Assembly: GCA_964535605.1 (NCBI GenBank)
Contig: CAZHUI010000008.1
Span: 312-64,311 of the forward strand
DNA length: 64,000 nucleotides
Direction of reading: 5' to 3'
Origin: an uncultured Caulobacterales bacterium
GTDB taxonomy: Bacteria > Pseudomonadota > Alphaproteobacteria > Caulobacterales > Parvularculaceae
Positions 58,959 to 64,000 of the stretch are shown here, in pieces. Every line of letters begins with the position of its first letter. Position 1 is the stretch's first letter. Position numbers and translations under genes: made by a program. The notes beneath the pieces were generated by a model, which was given only the letters and a program-made list of their open reading frames with translations, made no database searches and was not told the DNA's origin.

Positions 58959-61250
58959 ATGATTTTTGAATCCGGCGGCGTTTGGCCGGGGTCGCCGCTT
59001 TGGGCTGCCGGCGTCGAGGTCGCCTTGGCCGCGGGTCTGGCCGGAATTGCAGCGTCTCTCGCCGAGGCGGCGCGGCGTTCGTCACTTCGCGAGCGACGCA
59101 GAGGATTTGCCATCAGCGCGACGCTGTTCGGTGTGACAGCCGTCGCCACTATCGCGGCGGCCGGCGTCGACGCCGAAAGCGCAGCGGTACGCGCAACAGC
59201 GACCGGCGCGGCGTCGCTGCTCTTCTTGGCGGCGGCGGTTCAGTTGCGCGGGCTTTTGTTGACCCTCGCCGCTTCTCCGACAATCAGCGCGCTCGAATCG
59301 GCGTTGACGCAGCTTGAAGACGAACTCGCGAGGCGGAAGAAGTTTGAAAGCGATCTTGGCCGGAAGGGCGATGAACTCCGCGCCTCCAATGCGAGCCTCA
59401 AGGAAGCGGCAACGGCGCTTCGCGCAAGCGAAGACCGCTTGGCGATTGCGCTTGACGCCGGCAGTGTCGGCTTGTGGGACTGGAATTTGACGACGGGCGA
59501 AACCTGGTGCTCGGCGCGCTGGTTTGAGATTCTCGGCCAGTCGGCGATGCCCGCCGACCAAGGGCGCAAGGCCTGGCGGGCGGCTGTTTCCGCAGCGGAG
59601 GAGACGCGCCTGCGCGCGGCGCTTGAAGCGCATCTGCGCGAGGGCGCTGAATTTCATCTGGGGTTCTGCATCAAGACGCCCGCGGGCGAGGAACGTTGGG
59701 TCGAGGCGTCCGGCCGTGCGCTGCGAGACGGAAACGGCGCGCCGACGCGCATGGCGGGCGCCATGATAGACGTGACGGAAGCAAAGCGCGCGCAAGAGAC
59801 GCTCATACGAACGGAAGCCTTCGAGCGCGCGGTGCTGGAGACCGTCGGCGACGGCATCGTCGCATGTGACGAGAGCGGCCGATTGGTGCTGTTCAACCAT
59901 GTCGCGCGCGCATTCCACGGTCTTGACGCCGAGCCGATCGCGGCGCCCGACTGGGCGGCGCGTTACGATCTTTTCGAGCCCGACGGGCGAACCCCCTTAA
60001 CGCTGGAGCGCGTGCCGCTGGCGCGCGCGCTCGCGGGCGAAACCGTCGCGGGCCAGGAAATGGTGATAGCGCCGCGCGATCTGCCCCGCCGGCTGGTGGA
60101 GGTGCACGCCGCGCCGCTGGTTGATCGGTCAGGGCGCCGGATCGGCGCCGTCGCGGCGATGCGGGATGTCACGCGTGAGCGCGCCGCGATCGCCGAGCTG
60201 GCGCGCAAGACGAGCGAGCTTGAACTTGTCTTCAATCATGTGCCGGTAGAGCTTTGGCATCTGACCGCGGCGGGCGCAGTCAGGCGCGCCAACTCACACG
60301 CCGCGGCGGCGCTTGGTCTTGACGTCGCTTCGATTGAGGGCGCGCAACTCGCCGATTTACCGCCGCCAGCGGCCCGGCTTTTTGGCGCGCGCACAGCGGC
60401 GCCCAACGATGCGCAGGACTCGATCGAAGAGCATCGAGGCCCCGATGGCGCGGCGCGTTGGCTGAAGGTCCATCGTGTTCCCTATAGGGACGACGCGACC
60501 GGCGAGGAGCTGCTGTTCGCGGCGGCGACGGACATCACGCAGACGATGCTCGCGAAGATGGAGCTTTGCCGCTCGAATGAAGAGCTCGAACAGTTTGCGC
60601 GCGCCGCGGCGCATGATCTGCGCGAGCCGTTGCGCAAGATTCTCTGCTTCAGCGAATTTCTCGCCCGCGATCTCGGCGACGGCTTGCCCGCGACGGCGAG
60701 AGCCGATCTTGATATCATCGTCGCGGCGGCGCGCCGCATGGAGTCGCTGATACACGGAATTTTGTCGATGGCGCGGTTCGAGGCGGGCGCGCCAGACCTC
60801 GCCCCGACGGACCCGCGCGCCTGCATCGACGCGGCGCTGAGCCAGTTGCAGCTGCCGCCAGAACGCGCTGTTCGATTCGCCTTTGATCCGATGCCGCCGG
60901 TACTGGCGGACCGCGACCTCCTTGTTCAAGTGTTCCAGAACCTGATCGGCAACGCAGTTAAGTTCGCGCGGCCAGGCGGCGGCGTCGAAATCGCCTTCAC
61001 GTCGGCGTCGGAGGCGGAGGGCGACGCGATCATCGGCGTTGCGGACAATGGCATCGGCGTGCCGGAAGCAGATCGGCGGGCGATTTTTGAGCCGCTGACG
61101 CGCCTGCATCCGCGCGAGGCTTATGAGGGAACCGGCATCGGTCTCGCGCTTTGCAAAAAATCGATCGACCGGCTCGGCGGCGAGATCTGGATGGAGCCGA
61201 GCGCAAGCGGCGGAGCGCATTTCCGGGTGCGGCTTCGGCGCGCGGCGTGA
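58959..61250 (+). CDS. Multi-PAS sensor histidine kinase with N-terminal TM domain
   Basis: Three TM segments, three PAS domains, AAHDLREPL, NLIGNAVKF, DNGIG, GTGIGL. Confidence 0.92.
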   Translation: MIFESGGVWPGSPLWAAGVEVALAAGLAGIAASLAEAARRSSLRERRRGFAISATLFGVTAVATIAAAGVDAESAAVRATATGAASLLFLAAAVQLRGLLLTLAASPTISALESALTQLEDELARRKKFESDLGRKGDELRASNASLKEAATALRASEDRLAIALDAGSVGLWDWNLTTGETWCSARWFEILGQSAMPADQGRKAWRAAVSAAEETRLRAALEAHLREGAEFHLGFCIKTPAGEERWVEASGRALRDGNGAPTRMAGAMIDVTEAKRAQETLIRTEAFERAVLETVGDGIVACDESGRLVLFNHVARAFHGLDAEPIAAPDWAARYDLFEPDGRTPLTLERVPLARALAGETVAGQEMVIAPRDLPRRLVEVHAAPLVDRSGRRIGAVAAMRDVTRERAAIAELARKTSELELVFNHVPVELWHLTAAGAVRRANSHAAAALGLDVASIEGAQLADLPPPAARLFGARTAAPNDAQDSIEEHRGPDGAARWLKVHRVPYRDDATGEELLFAAATDITQTMLAKMELCRSNEELEQFARAAAHDLREPLRKILCFSEFLARDLGDGLPATARADLDIIVAAARRMESLIHGILSMARFEAGAPDLAPTDPRACIDAALSQLQLPPERAVRFAFDPMPPVLADRDLLVQVFQNLIGNAVKFARPGGGVEIAFTSASEAEGDAIIGVADNGIGVPEADRRAIFEPLTRLHPREAYEGTGIGLALCKKSIDRLGGEIWMEPSASGGAHFRVRLRRAA

Positions 61251-61255
61251 CGGCT

Positions 61256-62272
61256 TCAGGCGGCGGAGAACAGCGCAAGCCGCACAAGCTCAGCCTGCTT
61301 TGAGACGCCGGTCTTGTGATAGACATTTTTGAGATAGGTACGCGCCGTGCTGAGCGATACGCCGGCGCCGCGCGCTGCTTCCTCGACGCTGCCGCTTTCA
61401 ACAAGGCCGTGAACGATTCGCGCTTCGCTTGGCGTGAGGCCGAGCGCAACGCCAAGTTGACCAGGTTCTGCGACGGCCCGGCGCGCAGGGTCGGAAAGTA
61501 CGAGATGAACATGCCGTTCAGCGCCGGCGCTTGTCGCAGCGACGACGGTCAGCATGACCGGCGCAACGTCATTGCGAGAGTCAAGGCGCAGAACAGCGGG
61601 CGCCTCCGACGACAAGGATCGGTCCGCTGCGTCGCGCAGGAAGCCGAACAGGCTTGTCGCCGCTTTCGGATCGGCGGGCTTTAACAGCGCTGGGTTGCGG
61701 TGGTCGAATGCGCCGTGTTCGGCGAGGATGCGACGGGCGGGACTGTTGGCGTAAATGATGCGCCCTTCGGTATCGACGGTGAGGATCGCCGTGGTCATCT
61801 GATCGAACGCGCCGACCGCCGCGCCGGAAACGGAGCGTTGCCGGCGCTGCTCAATCTCGGCTCGTGCGGCGTCGAGCCCCGGACCCAGCGTCGCGGCGCG
61901 CGCCGGCTTCATCAAGAAGCGAAAGGCGTGCGCGTCGTTCATCGCCGCCAGCGCCGAGTCGAGATCGGCTTCGCCGGACAGGAGCATGTAAACCGTGTCT
62001 GGCGCGAACTCCTTCATGGCGCTGATCATCTTGAGGCCGGTGGTGGCGCCGAGCTTGAGGTCGGAGAGGACGATGTCAAACGGCGCCTCGCGATGGGCCT
62101 CGATTGCGCGCCGCGGCGAACCGAAATAGGCGCGCTCAAATGGCGGACACAACGTGTCTATGACCGCCTTGAGCTGGTCGAGCGCGAGGGGGTCATCATC
62201 GACGCAAAGCAGGCGGATGATCGGCCAGACCATGACAAAACTCCGGTCCGCGCGAAGCGCGGAAAATTTCAC
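61256..62272 (-). CDS. Response regulator with REC, PAS-like and LuxR-type HTH domains
   Basis: VDDD...SDLKLG...LSG...KP; LTPSEARIV...G.SVEEAA.....S..TARTYLK..Y.KTG...QAELV. Start may be ATG 62233. Confidence 0.88.
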   Translation of the reverse strand: MKFSALRADRSFVMVWPIIRLLCVDDDPLALDQLKAVIDTLCPPFERAYFGSPRRAIEAHREAPFDIVLSDLKLGATTGLKMISAMKEFAPDTVYMLLSGEADLDSALAAMNDAHAFRFLMKPARAATLGPGLDAARAEIEQRRQRSVSGAAVGAFDQMTTAILTVDTEGRIIYANSPARRILAEHGAFDHRNPALLKPADPKAATSLFGFLRDAADRSLSSEAPAVLRLDSRNDVAPVMLTVVAATSAGAERHVHLVLSDPARRAVAEPGQLGVALGLTPSEARIVHGLVESGSVEEAARGAGVSLSTARTYLKNVYHKTGVSKQAELVRLALFSAA

Positions 62273-62330
62273 TTAATCTTTAGATAGCCGGGCGACCGTA
62301 AAGACTTCGGAAAGGCGAGCATCGAAGCGC

Positions 62331-63458
62331 ATGACCGGCGAGCCCATCAATGTTCTGATGATCGATGATGATCCGACCGATTTCAGGATCATCGCTCGTC
62401 ATTTGGAGACGGTGCGCGCGCCGGGATACAAGGTCACGCCGGCCGCCGACTTCGAGGCGGCGCGCCGCGCCCTCGCCGAGCGCGAATTCGATGTTGCGCT
62501 GGTCGATTACCGGATGCCAGGCGGCGCGAGCGGTCTCGACTTCGTCAATAGTATGGGCGGCCGCGAAGCCGATCTCCCCTTTATCATTCTGACCGGCATG
62601 GCCGACGGCGATCTCGACCGTCAGGCTCTGCTCGCCGGCGCTTATGACTACATCGACAAAATGGCGTTGACGCGCGAACTCGTCGATCGTGCGATCCGCT
62701 TCGCGGTGTCGAGTTTCCGGTACGAACGCGACTTGCGCGCGGCGGTGACGACAGCGCAAGAGCAGGCTACGATCAACCGGCGGATCCTCTCTATTGTCAG
62801 TCATGAAATGAGGTCGCCCTTACGCTCGATCACCGGCTACGCCGAACACCTGATCGAGCATTCGGCCAATGCGCCGGCGCGAGACGCCGCCCGGAAAATG
62901 CGCGCGGCGAGTCTCGTTCTCGAAGACTTCCTGAACAATCTTTCCGAATTTGTCCGGCTTGATGAAGGGGCGGCGCGGCTTTCTCCGGAGGCCTTCGCGC
63001 TTGATCAAATGATTGAGGAAACGGTCGATCTGTTTTTGCCCTACGCGCACCACAAATCCATCGCGATCGATACGGCGATTGATGCGTCGGCGCGCACAAC
63101 CGTCACCGCCGACCGGTTGCGGCTGCGGCAGGTGCTCATCAATATCGTCAAGAACGCCGTCAACTACTCAGACGGAGGCGCTATTTCGGTGAAGGCGCGA
63201 ATCGAGGCCGGCGTCGCCGAAATCAGGGTTTCGGACTCAGGTCTCGGAATTGCGCCTGAAAAGCTCGCTGCGCTGATGTCGTCGGACGCCTGGGCGCCGC
63301 ATCCGAGCCGCAGCCTCGACGGCGGACTCGGCATAGGCTTGTCGATCTGCCGGCGCCTTCTGCGGCTGATGAGCGGCTCATTGAGGCTCGAAAGCGCCGA
63401 AGGTTTCGGCACGACGGTAACGATCACAATTCCGGTGGTTTCAGAATTGCCATCCTAG
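62331..63458 (+). CDS. REC-HisKA-HATPase hybrid kinase
   Basis: IDDD...VDYRMPG...LTG...DK, VSHEMRSPL, NIVKNAVNY, DSGLG, GLGIGL. Confidence 0.92.
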   Translation: MTGEPINVLMIDDDPTDFRIIARHLETVRAPGYKVTPAADFEAARRALAEREFDVALVDYRMPGGASGLDFVNSMGGREADLPFIILTGMADGDLDRQALLAGAYDYIDKMALTRELVDRAIRFAVSSFRYERDLRAAVTTAQEQATINRRILSIVSHEMRSPLRSITGYAEHLIEHSANAPARDAARKMRAASLVLEDFLNNLSEFVRLDEGAARLSPEAFALDQMIEETVDLFLPYAHHKSIAIDTAIDASARTTVTADRLRLRQVLINIVKNAVNYSDGGAISVKARIEAGVAEIRVSDSGLGIAPEKLAALMSSDAWAPHPSRSLDGGLGIGLSICRRLLRLMSGSLRLESAEGFGTTVTITIPVVSELPS

Positions 63459-64000
63459 CAACGACGCGAATTTCACGCCGCCGCGCGCCCTCCGCCTGAA
63501 TCGGACAATTTTATCGATTGATCCGGGTGCGGCTCGGCAAGCGCCAACCGGTACCAATTTTTCACAGGACTGGCGCACCGGTGAAGGTGAAAGCGGGAAC
63601 TGGGCGACGATTCGAGCGAGGGCAAGATTCCGGCGCGCTTGCCTTCCAGATGCGCCACGGCTTCCATCCGGCTGACGTCCCTAAATCCCCCTTCATCGAT
63701 CGCGGCGGGGCTTGACGGAAAAGGATCCTTAGATTTCATGCCACGGATTACGTCGGGTCGCGGGGATTCCCGTCACGCGAAATCGTGGCGGGAAAGGAAG
63801 TGGTTTTGAGAAACAACGTAGCCTCGCCTAACGCAAAATAGTCCGAGTTCTTGATCGTTCGATTGCGCCTGTGGGGCGCGCCGTATTTCGCAGGCGTGCG
63901 TGACCGTTGCGCCTCTCGTTACCCCCTATTGTCACCTTTTCTAATCATTTCGTACATTGGCCACAGCACCAGTAGAGTAAATACAGACCATATAATAACA

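Noticed and set aside
63767-63794. 11-bp hairpin in the terminal intergenic region
   Set aside because: No U-tract and no recognisable riboswitch or tRNA features; the downstream context lies beyond the window.

Overview
GC-rich alphaproteobacterial chromosomal window. The gene repertoire and repeat types suggest a Caulobacterales/Parvularculales-like organism, which is inference only. 1-9.9 kb: housekeeping genes (acnA, dapF, tdk, a divergent ppc, glpK) plus an outer-membrane barrel + processive GT2 gene pair. 9.9-12.0 kb: an AT-richer island bracketed by two direct-repeat 143-bp REP-doublet (REPIN-like) elements, holding pieces of a polymorphic toxin/immunity locus. 12-28.6 kb: metabolic and envelope genes (GH13, DoxX, RnfD-like + DUF2330, frmA/fghA, a GH24 lysozyme with a degenerate active site, two TadG-like genes, map, radC, quinohemoprotein ADH, ndh, alpha-hydroxy acid oxidase). 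28.8-40.2 kb: an ECF sigma/FecR/three TonB-dependent receptor locus. 40-48.6 kb: bdhA-patatin, a class III cyclase, MFS/cupin/peroxiredoxin-like/LysR. 48.9-63.5 kb: a dense signalling island with four histidine kinases, response regulators, a PilZ protein and an atypical luxR + luxI quorum-sensing pair in which luxI is translationally coupled to an Fe(II)/2-oxoglutarate dioxygenase. The strongest candidates for undescribed biology are (1) the luxI-dioxygenase-luxR(Y61W) module, a possible enzymatically tailored autoinducer, bracketed by inverted duplicated sequence blocks, and (2) the REPIN-bounded toxin cassette, in which a nuclease-like toxin tip is followed by a small paralog of itself. I saw no rRNA, tRNA, CRISPR array or intact transposase/integrase. 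All family assignments come from recalled motifs, not database searches.
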